Positions 48,001-60,339 of a stretch of 64,000 bases of DNA are shown one piece after another. The stretch's first letter is position 1, and every line of letters starts with the position of its first letter. Source of the stretch: Macrostomum lignano (taxonomy: Eukaryota); assembly GCA_002269645.1 (NCBI GenBank), contig NIVC01002078.1, positions 62,001-126,000 on the forward strand, read 5' to 3'. Under the pieces are notes generated by a model, which ran no database searches, was not told the origin of the DNA, and saw only the letters and a program-made list of their open reading frames with translations. The position numbers were made by a program, and so were the translations under genes.

Positions 48001-51000
48001 AATCCGAGTTAGCTTTAAAGCTGGCCCGTTCGCGAATAACTCGATTAGCCAGTAGTTTAGCTGGCAACTCTTTTGTGCACTGCAGCTCTTCGTTCCATTC
48101 GCGCGTTTGCCCTGTTGATGAATTAAGAAAACTAATGTTTGCTACTTGCTACTAATTCAGTATACATACGGGAAAATGTAATTATTTTTCGATTAAGAAA
48201 ACTGTATATATATTATTCTAATTAATAAAAGCACGCTCGTACGAATAAGAACAAGAAATATCCGCAATCAGGCTTAATTAATATCTATTTTTAGATATTT
48301 CGTATTTCACAGCAGATTTTCAGCAGAGAAGAAAGAAAAAGTGCCCAGTGTCCACACTAAGCGAGGATTATATAGTTCAGCCCTATATTGTACATGAGAA
48401 ACAGTATACAAAGGCTCATCTAACCAAAATAATTTCGCATCAAGATAAAAATCTTAAGTCCGAGAAGGCAGAGCTTCCCAGAAGAATAATAATATTTTTC
48501 TTTCTACTGCCCGCGTCTCAAGACTCAAGAGAGGGAAAGCGAACAAATTAGAATCTTTTTTTCTCTCCAAAATTGCACTAGGAGAAATATGCAACAAAAA
48601 AGTGATTAAGTTGCTACAGAGCGGGAGAAAGCCCGCAAACACCTGGGACTGATTTTTTAAATGAAAGCAAGCAAATAACAAATTTGCCAGATGGGACAGT
48701 GATAAACCTGGCCTTACCGTAAACCAAGTAGGAATGCGAAATTTATCCTCTTTCTAGGAATCCTCACGGTTTTCAATTGCTTGTAAATAATTGCTTGCTC
48801 ATATTCCCATAGACTCAAGTACAAATAAAAATCCCATATTCCCATAGACTAAGGTACAAACAAAAAAACCATATTCCCATAGACTCAGGTACAAACAAAA
48901 AACTCATATTCCCATAGACTCACGTACAAATAAAAATCCCATATTCCCATAGACTCAGGTACAAATAAAAATCCCATATTCCCATAGACTCAGGTACAAA
49001 TAAAAATCCCATATTTCCATAGACTCAGGTACAAACAAAAAACCCATATTCCCATAGACTCAGGTACAAACAAAAAACCCATATTCCCATAGACTCAGGT
49101 ACAAACAAAAAACCCATATTCCCATAGACTCAGGTACAAACAAAAAAACCATATTCCCATAGACTCAGGTACAAACAAAAAACCCATATTCCCATAGACT
49201 CACGTACAAATAAAAATCCCATATTCCTACATGTAGATGGGAATATAGCAAACTTGAACAAACTAAAAATCTCTGTCTCACAGCCACACGGCGTTAACGT
49301 TGAATATGAAAGCATACTTGAGGTCGGTCGGTTTGAAGCTACTTCCCTGTTTTTAAGGCTTCCCCAGAAATTCCCAGACCTGTTCAACAATCCCTAAAAA
49401 GCGGTCAGTGACGCACTGAAACAGTAGAACTCACCAGGCAGCGCTTCCTCCCATCCAAGCCGGCCGCCGGCCCATTCCTCTTTAGCCAGCGAGTCTCTAG
49501 TCTGCTCAAGTATCGGGCTAAGCCAAGAATAAACCTGATAGGGAGCCGGCGCGCGCTCAATCGGATGCTTGGCAGCGCGCACTTTCAATAGTAGATCCCA
49601 GTTGCGCTTGAAACCGTTGGACAGATGACGGCAAAGATCCACTAGCGAGTGGAATAGCAGCAGAGGTTGGCTAGGCCTGGGATCGAACACGGTCTCTGTG
49701 CACCGGTTCAGGTAGAAACCGCGCGGCGAGCCCGTGATATGGAACACCTGCGATAAAGAGGGTTTAGTAAAGGAAGGGATTATTCCAGTTTTATTATAAG
49801 CCACTTTACAGGCGAGCCGAAAGGGGTATCCTTCAGGGCTGTTCAGGGGAATCTTTGGGGCTGTTTAAGGGAAATCTTCAGGGCTGTTAAGTGGAAATCT
49901 TCGGGGCAGTTTAGGGGAAATTTTTAGGGCTGTTCAGGGGAAATCTTCAGGGCTGTTGAAGGGAAATCTTCAGGCTGTTAAGGGGAAACTTTTAGGGCTG
50001 TTTAAGGGAAATCTTCAGGCTGTTAAGGGGAAACTTTTAGGGCTGTTTAAGGGAAATCTTCAGGCTGTTAAGGGGAAACTTTTAGGGCTGTTTAAGGGAA
50101 ATCTTCAGGCTGTTAAGGGGAAATCTTCAGGGCTGTTTAAGGGAAATCTTCAGGCTGTTAAGGGGAAACTTTTAGGGCTGTTTAAGGGAAATCTTCAGGG
50201 CTGTTAAGGGAAAATCTTCAGGGCTGTTTAAGGGAAATCTTCAGGCTGTTAAGGGGAAACTTTTAGGGCTGTTTAAGGGAAATCTTCAGGGCTGTTTAGG
50301 GAAAATCTTCAGGGCTGCTTAGGGGAAACCTTCAGGGCTGTTCAGGGGAAATCTTCAGGGCTGTTCAGGAGAAATCTTCAGGGCTGCTTAGGGGAAATCT
50401 TCAGGGCTGTTCAGGAGAAATCTTCAGGGCTGTTCAGGGAAAATCTTCAGGGCTGTTTAGGGGAAATCTTCAGGCTGTTAAGGGGAAACTTTTAGGGCTG
50501 TTTAAGGGAAATCTTCAGGCTGTTAAGGGGAAACTTTCAGGGCTGTTTAAGGGAAATCTTCAGGCTGTTAAGGGGAAACTTTCAGTGCTGTTGAAGGGAA
50601 ATCTTCAGGGCTGTTTAGGGAAAAGTTTCAGGGCTGCTTAGGGGAAACCTTCAGGGCTGTTCAGGGGAAATCTTCAGGGCTGTTCAGGGAAAATCTTCAG
50701 GGCTGTTTAGAGGAAACCTTTAGGAATGTTGAGGAGAGATCTTTAGGGCTGCTATCTTAGACAGAATTTACATTATTTAGACAATATTAAGCAGGGAAAA
50801 GAAAAATTCGCAAGCACACCTTATCCTCCAGGGAGTGAAAGCAGACGTAGATAAAATCGCCATGCAATTTTCTATTGGGGGGCGGCGGATGCCACTGACT
50901 AAAAGACAGGCCGCCATTTGACACGCAGATTGGCGGCTTGCCAGTGAGGCTCAGCGGATGCAGCGGCATTACAGGCAGGTCGTGCGAGCCAGGCAAAGCG

Positions 51001-53034
51001 TAATCTGGCGGTTCGAATGGCGATTTGGCACCCCCACCGCTGGCGCCGGAATTGGCGCCGCCGCCTGATGACGAGTTGGCGCCTGAAGAATTGGCGCCGC
51101 CACTGTTGCCGCCCCCATTTTTATCCTGACGACTCTTATCCGAGCCGTTGCCGCCGCCGATGCCGCCAATACTGGTCACAGAGCCAGGCGGTCGCGGCGA
51201 CAACAAAGAGTTCTGAGTGACGGCATTAACAAAGCTTAGCGACATCTGTTCGCGGCCAAGATAGGCGTCGATTGGTTCGGTTGACCGTAGAATGTCTTGG
51301 ATGTGGCGCAGGTGACTCTTGGCCTCTTTAACGTTGTACATCTCTAGAGTTGGATTGATTTTTTTGGGGGGGGGGGGTTATAAGTATCAGCTTTTGCAGC
51401 TATTGGGACTGGCTGTGGGTATTAGACTATACTATGGGCTATTATGTGGCCAAGTGACTATTAGGTAAAGGGCTATTACGTTGCTGTGGCTATTAGGCTA
51501 TAGGCTATTTGTGTCTGTGGCCATTTGTTTATGAGCTATTATGTGGCTGTGGCTATCAGGCTATGAGCTATTATCTGGCTATGGCTATTAGGCTATGAGC
51601 TATTATGTGGCTATGGCTATTAGGCTATGAGCTATTACGTGGCTATGGCTATTAGGCTATGAGCTATTATGTGGCTATGGCTATTAGGCTATGAGCTATT
51701 ATGTGGCTGTGACTATCAGGCTATGGGCTATTATGTGGCTGTGACTATTAGGCTATGGGCTATTATGTGGCTATGTGACTATCAGGCTATGGGCTATTAT
51801 GTGGCTATGGCTATTAGGCTATGAGCTATTATGTGGCTATGTGACTATCAGGCTATGGGCTATTATGTGGCTGTGACTATTAGGCTATGGGCTATTATGT
51901 GGCTATGTGACTATCAGGCTATGGGCTATTATGTGGCTGTTAGCTATCAGGCTATGGGCTATTCTGTGGCTGTGGCTTTTAGTTTTTGGGCTATTATGTG
52001 GCTGTGGCTTTTAGTTTTTGGGCTATTATGTGGCTGTGGTTATTAGGCTAAGAGCTATTATGTGGCTGTGGTTATTAGGCTAAGAGCTATTATGTGGCTT
52101 TGACTATTAGGCTATGGGCTATTATGTGGCTGTAGCTATCAGGCTATGGGCTATTATGTGGCTGTGGCTTTTAGTTTATGGGCTATTATGTGGCTGTGGC
52201 TATTAGGCAATAAGCTACAGCAACGCCTACGGTACAGGGACCCGCATTTTTGGCGAAAAACTAAGCTGTATAGCGTTAGATATTTTCTGAAATCGATCAC
52301 ACACATACCTACCTACCGACAAACCATTTTATTATGGATATAGATAATATAGAGCATACATCCACAACACTTGACTGGCGACTGGCGAGGGGCCCACGCC
52401 AAAGCAAGTTGCAAAAATACAATGCTCACCCGAAAGAATACAGGCGTAGTACTAATTAGATGACGAGGCATTCAGCCTTAATAATAGTCATATTTAGTCT
52501 CAGAAATATCGTCTAAAAGGATTAAGGCGCCTCAACTGCAAAAAAGAGATTAATAGGCTTACCTTCCACAATTCGAATGCTGCAACCCTCAGCGAGTTCT
52601 GGCACATTTTTCAGTTCAACAAAGTTATCCAACTGCTTTCCAGCCAGACTCAGGCTGAAGCAGGTTCTGTGACAGCAGTCCTCGCGGTCTGTCAGGATCT
52701 GGTGAATCTCTTGCACCAATTCCTGAGAGCTAACGTGCATGCTAAACGACTCTCCGCTTGGCGGTACAAAACTGACGGAGAATTGAAACTCCTTCTCCTT
52801 GGACGCAGAGTCCTCATCCTCGGCATTGGCGTCCTTAGCAACCGCTACTGCAGTTTCCGAGTCGCCGCCGTTGCTAGTTGCCGAATGGCCATTAATAGCG
52901 GCTGCCGCCGACTTCAATGAAGCGGATTTAGACGCGGTGGAATCCGATTCCAAATTGACACCGTTGCCATTAGCAACCGTGGCTGTCTCCTCTTGGTCGT
53001 GACCGTTGACGCCGTCGCCGTTAAATTCCGGCAT
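42040..53034 (-). CDS. CLUH: Clustered mitochondria protein homolog (CLUH/clueless); exons 53034-52563, 51343-50820, 49747-49435, 48111-47619, 46700-46344, 45835-45283, 44505-44176, 43604-42996, 42465-42040; 1358 aa predicted
   Basis: Motifs [101 protein letters not shown], a TPR region (HPKASDAY...[10 protein letters not shown]) and [10 protein letters not shown] match CLUH as I recall it. All eight introns are GT-AG with compatible phases (total 4077 nt). Confidence 0.95.
42665..42950. repeat. About 25-bp minisatellite (CTTCCCCACCACTCTGATCCTTTAT) in CLUH intron 8
   Basis: Directly visible tandem units. Confidence 0.9.
43785..44090. repeat. 43-44-bp repeat (TTAACAGACTGATTCAATTGTTAATCTGTCAGTTTGAGATGGA) in CLUH intron 7
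   Basis: About 5 copies in two clusters. Confidence 0.85.
44560..45215. repeat. 45-bp minisatellite (GATAGTCAGTGTACATTGGGGTGAGGAGGGAGGAGAGAGCTAGCC) in CLUH intron 6
   Basis: Directly visible tandem units. Confidence 0.95.
45900..46195. repeat. About 34-bp minisatellite (GAGCCTGTGTACATTGGGGGTAGAGGTTGGTTAA) in CLUH intron 5
   Basis: Tandem units; shares the GTGTACATTGGGG core with the intron 6 repeat. Confidence 0.9.
46790..47590. repeat. 25-bp minisatellite (GAAGGGCACTCTTACACCTGGGGGA) in CLUH intron 4
   Basis: Directly visible tandem units. Confidence 0.95.
48800..49230. repeat. 35-bp minisatellite (ATATTCCCATAGACTCAGGTACAAACAAAAAACCC) in CLUH intron 3
   Basis: Directly visible tandem units. 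Confidence 0.95.
49830..50750. repeat. 22/23-bp minisatellite (GGGAAATCTTCAGGGCTGTTTAA), partly as a 45-bp dimer, in CLUH intron 2
   Basis: Tandem units; the 15-aa periodic spurious ORF reflects the 45-bp dimer. Confidence 0.95.
51400..52205. repeat. About 32-bp minisatellite (GGCTATGAGCTATTATGTGGCTATGGCTATTA) in CLUH intron 1
   Basis: Directly visible tandem units. Confidence 0.93.
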
Positions 53035-53760
53035 GACAAACTTAGAAACCTATTTGTTTTTGATATGCTGTATACGAGTCTTTCCTTTGATAGGTGATGG
53101 CTCTGAATTTAAATGATGAGACTGTTTCTCTCCTAAAGCTGAAAGTAAAAAAGATAAGAAATTACATTTTGTAAACATTTGACATACTGAAAAAGCGATG
53201 TTTGATACGAGCATTTCATCCTAACCGAAAGGGTAAGCGCATGAAAAGATATGGCCAGTAGAAAGGGTAGGAAGAGAGAGAAAGGGACCCAATGCAATGC
53301 CTGCAACAAACCAGTTTGTGCGGCTACCAAAAGAAATGCAGAAGAAACACAGGGCGGTCCACCAAAAAGGAAGTGAATGGACCAAAAGTCATATGCAAAA
53401 CGCCTACAAAAAGGCACAGAATAGTTGTCACCAAGGGGTCAAGAGAGAAAGCAAGACAGAGGAACATTTGCTAGCTAAGAGCCTCATATGACTGCATGCT
53501 TGGTTGGTGGGAAGAGGTATCGTGGTCAGTGAAGCAGCGTGACACTAACCAATGAAAGTATACAGTAAACTGCAGGCATACCCTGTGTACTGTACCCAGC
53601 CTGACCCTAGCAACAGAACATATAGTTTCTTCTTGAATAAATAAACATAAACGTTACAATCAGACCCTTGTCAACTTTGGAGTGTTGTTAAAACAGATCT
53701 TTATATACTTTCTCCTAGACAAATTTAAACCGCGACATTGCGTCACATCACATGACTAGA

Positions 53761-54080
53761 GACAGTTTGCAAACTTCGGCCCGCGAAGCCTCTTTATCCG
53801 GCCTTCGGGTCCTTTAATACTTAACAATACCAACACGACCCGCTTAAAAGCACACGTCTCTTCTCAGCTCTCAGCTCTTTTCTCTCCCCCCTCTCCTCTG
53901 CTGTTTCCTCTACTCTCTTCTCCTTCATCCCATCTCTCCTCTATTCTTCCTCTTAACTCTTCTCATATTTTCCCTCTCTCTCCCCTCTTCCCATTCCTTT
54001 TCTCTCTCATCTAGCCCGCAGGCATAAGCTAGAATAGATTACTTATCTGACCCTTCAAGTAGAAAAGTTTGCCCAGCCTG
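53761..54080. mobile_element. Degenerate hAT/Charlie-like MITE with CT-rich interior
   Basis: Left GCAAACTTCGGCCCGCG and right AAAAGTTTGCCCAGCCTG are partly inverted; same layout as the element ending at 15563. Confidence 0.5.
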
Positions 54081-56052
54081 TCCCAGAATTACCACGTGAC
54101 TTTTACACCGAAGTATTTTAAAGGCACACACCCACCAACAAAATTTGAAAGCCTTGCTAGCATGGAAATTTGCTGGAAAAACACTTAATTAATGAGAAAT
54201 ACAGTACTGCACGTGAACTGTACTGCACTGGAATCAGGGTCAGGTTTGTGTCATTGAAAACAAAGTAATTCAACTAACCAGCTAGCTAATCTAGTCATAC
54301 CGTTTTTATCTAATCAACTAACAGAAAAACCTTTGGACTTTCGACTGGAACTAGCGCTTACCCTGGAATTCTCTAGCTTAGTCAAGTTAAGAAGCAATCC
54401 AATTTGTACGACCGCAGCTTCTATAGTAATTTGCAACTGTTTCAGACGTAGGACAAACGTAATTAACGGACTAGCTGAGCTCTGTTGCGATATATATGTA
54501 TATATTCTATATTCTATCCTGCAATACAAAAGGGGCAAAGGTGGAATTTCTAAAAATGTGTAACTCATGACCGGTTTAGACTGTAAACGTACCCGTCTAT
54601 ATTTTATAATGCTAAATAAATCATTCTGTGTGAGATGTCGATACGTCCTGTCAATCATTCTGAGCTGTATGGTTTTCAATTGCATTGGTTAGTGCATTAT
54701 GAACAAGAATGAGCTAATGGGCAAAATGATGTCCGCGAGGAATACCATTGACATTATCGCTATCATTATAATATACTGACTGACCTAGCAGTGTACCCTA
54801 TACAAAAGGAATGTGATAAAAATTCTTTCACCTCTTAAAACTCAGATATTTAGTCAGTTTTCAGCCAGCCGACAGAACGGAAAAAAGTTCAGGAAATGCG
54901 GGAAATAAAGCTAAGAGAAAAAGAGAGGGCATCGTATATGGGAATGTGGAAAGAATAGTGTAAGTAAGTAGTATTATGAACAGTTTATAAATAGCAAAGA
55001 TTGACTTTTTGGAAGGCAGACCATGGCGAGAGGGAGGGAAATAAACAGGGAAAAAAGTAAATGTATGTGAAAAAAATGCGGTCACACATAGTAACAAACA
55101 CAAGTAGTGAGCGTAATGACGGGTATGCACATTCTGTACATGATATTACGGGGGATAGAAACGAAGCAAACCCTCTGCTGCAGGCTGCAGCAATGCATCA
55201 TGGATACGCTGTATCAGTATGCGAAAGCACTGCATGGATTTCTGCCCATCTATGATAGTCAATTCTTGGGTAACTTAGATTTGTGAGGCGAAAAGGTCTA
55301 TAAACGGTCTTCCTCATTTTTTCAAACGAGGGAGGGCAATTTCCAGAATTCTCAAGCCGACAAAAAAGAGCTACCACTTTGGGGAGTGAAAATGCAATGA
55401 GGCTAACGACTGTTATGCTTAGTCATATTAGTTAGCCTCTGTACAGCAACAGAGGGAGCAGAGAGAAACACGTGACGCATAGGTTAGACTATTTCAAGGG
55501 AAATCTTTAGGCGCTGCTTATAAAAGGCAGCTACAGTTTACCTATATAGACTTCGAGACAGGCACTGGCATATGATGCGTACTACTTGCTTTTCACCCTC
55601 ACAGTCAGTCAGCCAGCAAGCAAAACGAGAAGAAACAGAGGCTATTTGGTTAAAAAAATCTGCAGAAGGGAATAGGCCCGGAGATCGGCACACCACGTCA
55701 TTAATAGCTTCTTCCTGACGATTACGTAAGAGACAACTGTACATGCTGCGCATGTCTTTGCAGCAGGATGAGTGCAGCTGCTTGCAGTTGTTACACAATC
55801 ATCTTCGAATCATTATGGACGCGATGTGTGACGCAATAATCGCAAAGGGTTAATCATTCGAGCGTTGACGCAAGCGGAACATTAGCTCCTTAGATCAGTA
55901 GCACAAAGGGCTACAGACAGAGACGAAGTTTTGAAAGATCTAGTAATATATGCAATTGTAACTCTACTAGTCTACCGCCTATTTTCATACAGAACCCTAA
56001 ATTTAAGCAGCATCGCCGTTAGTTAGTTAAAGAAAAACTGAAGCTTCAGCTG

Positions 56053-56310
56053 CAGGGGCGGATTTAGGGGGGGGGGCGCCCCCCCCCCAAAATAGCTTGA
56101 CAGAACATATTGCGCCCCCCAAAAAACTAAGTTTGCGCCCCCTAAACAAGATTTTTCGCCCCAAACACCTTTTTTGCGCCCCTAAGCTTGACTTTTCGTC
56201 CCCTACACGCAATTTTTTGCGCCCCCTAGCTTAAAAATTGGCGCCCCTTATACTCGTGTTGGCGCTTCTTATACTCGTGTTAGCGCCCCAAACTTGGACC
56301 GCCCCCCCCC
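56053..56310. mobile_element. Truncated hAT-type MITE (CAGGGGCGGATTTAG end) with GCGCCCC internal repeats
   Basis: Left end resembles the CAGGGGCG TIR at 60388; matching right TIR not found. Confidence 0.5.
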
Positions 56311-59300
56311 CAAATGAAACTCAAACAAAACAAAAAAATCCAACAAAATCCTATAAATTCTGTTATACTCAGTACCCACAGCTAATAAAAACAACTTTAA
56401 CGGTTCACTCTTCACAAGCACACCTTCGATGTGTAGATTGAAAGAAGACAATAGCCATTTCAGTTAGAGCCTTAGATTTTAACTAGTTATAATAGACAAA
56501 AAACAGACGCCTGTTCGTCTTTCCTGCACACACTGAGCTACCTCACTAAAAACTCTATGAACAACAATTCTACGAGTTATGAGCAAATTGAGCAGCAATT
56601 ATCTTCTTATCCACCAAGCGAATAATAAAGCCCTGCCCGGAATGAATAGATACAATTTAGATTTTGAAGCACCCTAAACGGTTAGGTGTTTTAGACAGAA
56701 TAAAATAAACTTCACAGCGAAATACTGAAGAAGCGCTTACGTTAACGTTTATACTATTTCATTTACATAAGGCGAACCAAAATTAACAGACCACGTCAAA
56801 AGACGCAAGATCATAAAAATAATTCAGGACGACAAGAGTCAATCAAAAACCAAATAGAGATGGATGAAGGACGGTTTTTTTGCTTCTTAATGAACAAACG
56901 TGCAGCAGTATACAGATGCATACATGACGTTATTGAAATGCTCCAAGCCTCCAATCCCAGCTCAGAATACTAAATTGAAATATAAAAGATAGATAAAAAT
57001 TAAAAGCGGCTTTAACCTTGTTTACAGCAAACTATTTATGACGACAGGGGCCAAGCTGTTCGATATTTCCAGTTAAACAGAGAAGAGTCACTTCGAGCAG
57101 AAACAGGGCGGCAAACGTCACTAAAGCAAAAGGGCCTTTCCATTCGATCAACTATGCGTTCGCTTGGCTTTCGCGAACCTTTGTCAAGATAAGAGATAGT
57201 AGCAGCCACTATCTACCGACCATTGCGACTAGCTAAACCCTAACTCAATGCAATGCTTAAATAAATATACTCACTCACACACACTGTACCGAAGCAAAAG
57301 CGTAATCTTACTGAGAAGCAGCCGAGCCTACCACATACATACACGAATATATAAAAATCAAAATCACGTGTGTAATAGCGTTCTCTCTTAGTAGCTAGCT
57401 ATAGCTAAAGTTTCGAAGAAAGATGATAACGCTATATATTGTGCATGCTTTGATTGATATCAAACCGATATGATTCTTGTCAATTGAATTACACTGAAAT
57501 TATATGCTAATTGATAACGATAAGAGATAATAAACTAATGAAATTAGACATCCACGCTTTAATTAAAATCAATAACAATAACTAACGAATGGAGTCTAAT
57601 ACAACTACAAGGAAATTCAAATTCTTAAGACATTCACATTCTATAACAGGTAATAAATGTAAAATGTGTATATAGCTTGTAAAAGATTTAAATGCCATTA
57701 GAACGTTAAAAATCGCTGAAAAGTGGTAGTCATAAATTTAAAATACTTTAGGTAAGTAGGTCTGTCTCTACGCTATGCAACTTACCGAAACAGAATAAAA
57801 CAGGACGCTACTAATTATCTTTGGTGATTTATTGAAGTCGCGCTGAATAATTGAAAGCTATTTATAAGCACCAGTGTTGAAGAAAGAATTTTAATTAATT
57901 ACACGATTGATAAGCTAAGGGTATGTTTTATTAGTGTACTTTAACGGATAAAACTTTAAGCAGAGAAATTTTGCCTGGATAGTGGAAATTAGATCCAAAG
58001 AAAGAAAATGATTAAGTAAATAATACAATAAAAAACGAGGGACCGGGCCCAACACGCGACTATATAGAGGAGGGGTTTGCGTCAATAGCAGACGCGGCAG
58101 GGGAGGGGTTGGCTGAAGGAGGTGAGGGGCGCTAGCAGATAATATAGAACTAGTTTGCCTATTGGACGGGGTGAGAAAGCGTCCCACAGCACTGTACGTA
58201 CACCGAAGGTGGGGTGGTTGGTCTAACGGAGGGGTTGGCTTGTTGTATTAGCCACTTAAAATACAGTTCTCTAGAGATAGTGACGTGCGGAGGAGACGGT
58301 TCCAGTGTGCCCCAGGCCTTGGGTGGAGAGGGAAGAGTGGCAGCGAGGGGTGGGGCCATACGAGGACGCTAGAAGGTCGAACAAGAATCCAAAGCACAGA
58401 CCAAGCCAGTCTAGTAAGCAAGCGAAAGTTCACAGAGAACCCCAAAATGCTCGCGCTAATTGCCAAAAGCTCTCCTTCTTCCCTAATCGACCAATACAGG
58501 CAAAAATAGTGTCCAATAAAAGCAGGCCAGCCAGCAGCACTTCCTTCACCCCGACATCTCCTAAAGTTGCAATGACTAGAGGCTGTATACATAACACAAT
58601 ATTAAAGTGCAAATGAGGCAGGCATACGTACAAAGGCAAGGGGAATCGCAACGTCACTAGTGGGAGATCCCATGGCCGTGGGCGTTTCAGAAGGCCCAAA
58701 AAGACGGAAAGAAACCGGAGAATGTTGATTGCATATTGCAGCTGCAGATGGTAAAGAAAGGAAGTGAGAAAAAACCTAGGCAGTAGATGAAAATTAGGAT
58801 GTGAAAACTGTCCAAGAAAAACCCGTCGCTTTCACAGTCCACGTCCGTAACTTCTGGTTGATAAGAGTTAAGGTATTGATGCATGCAGCTTAAGCATACC
58901 TTTAATTAACATTGGATGGGAAGACAGACGGAAACCCGAAAAATGCTTTTCTTGCAGAAGCCTAATACTTACATGTCAGTAACAGACAAATTTTTAATCT
59001 ATTATCTATAAATATAATAATTAAAACAAAGAACCAGTAGAAGTTAATGCCACAACAATGAAGAATTGACCAATTAGTTACGTTTATTTTTTATTTCCTA
59101 GAACAATAATGATGGCCCAAATTTCCAATTAGATTGATTTTGAAACAAAACTGACAAATGTTGCCGAGACACAAAATTAAAGTTTTAATAGCATTATGTA
59201 CTTCTAAAACAATACTTTAACAATTGGATTTCACAAGTTTTAGAGTCTCACATTTACCTGGATAATTATTAAACAAAGAATGAGTAATACATAGATTTTC

Positions 59301-59778
59301 CGTCACAATACAAACAGGTGTTACAATCACTGGATTTAAACGAGTATTTCACTGATTTAGAAAAAAGTTACATTAAGAGCTTTTTATTTTAAAAAAAATT
59401 GCAATTAAATTTAAGAGCGATATATGAAGATTTGAAGTATATACACAGAAACTATGACGGGTGGAATATAAATGTACGGATATGAATATTTTGGGATTAT
59501 ATAGTAGAATTATAAAAGAAGATACGAGACCTACTTAGTAGTAGTAGTAGTAGTAGTATATTAACACAAAAAGAGTAGAATTAATCAACTCGAATTAATA
59601 GTTATAATTAAAGGAACCCTAAAAAGTAGCATTGCCTTGTTTTTTAAAAAGAAACAATAAAAACACAAACAGAGACAAAACTGAGATTTTTATATTAGTT
59701 CGTCAAAGTCAAATTTTGGGGACACGGGAGATAGTTTATAGTTGTCAATAATAAAACAATTAAGCTTATGTTAAAAAT

Positions 59779-60213
<435 letters not shown>

Positions 60214-60339
60214 TTAACTCGGTTGGTAGATGAAAAAGCAACGCTAAAGCATGCAATTGATTGCATGGCCAGGTGAAGTATTTAATTGGATTGGTGCTAT
60301 TTGGTCTTGAATATTGAGAGTATTCACTTAGGAAGAGGG

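Noticed and set aside
55538-55798. Cys-containing 86-aa ORF upstream of CLUH
   Set aside because: No recognisable domain and no ATG start; more plausibly a non-coding 5' exon (ends at an AG|GTAAAC donor), but unproven.
57915-58884. Cluster of short ORFs downstream of H3.3
   Set aside because: No motifs or coherent exon chain; composition fits a long 3'UTR or intergenic DNA.
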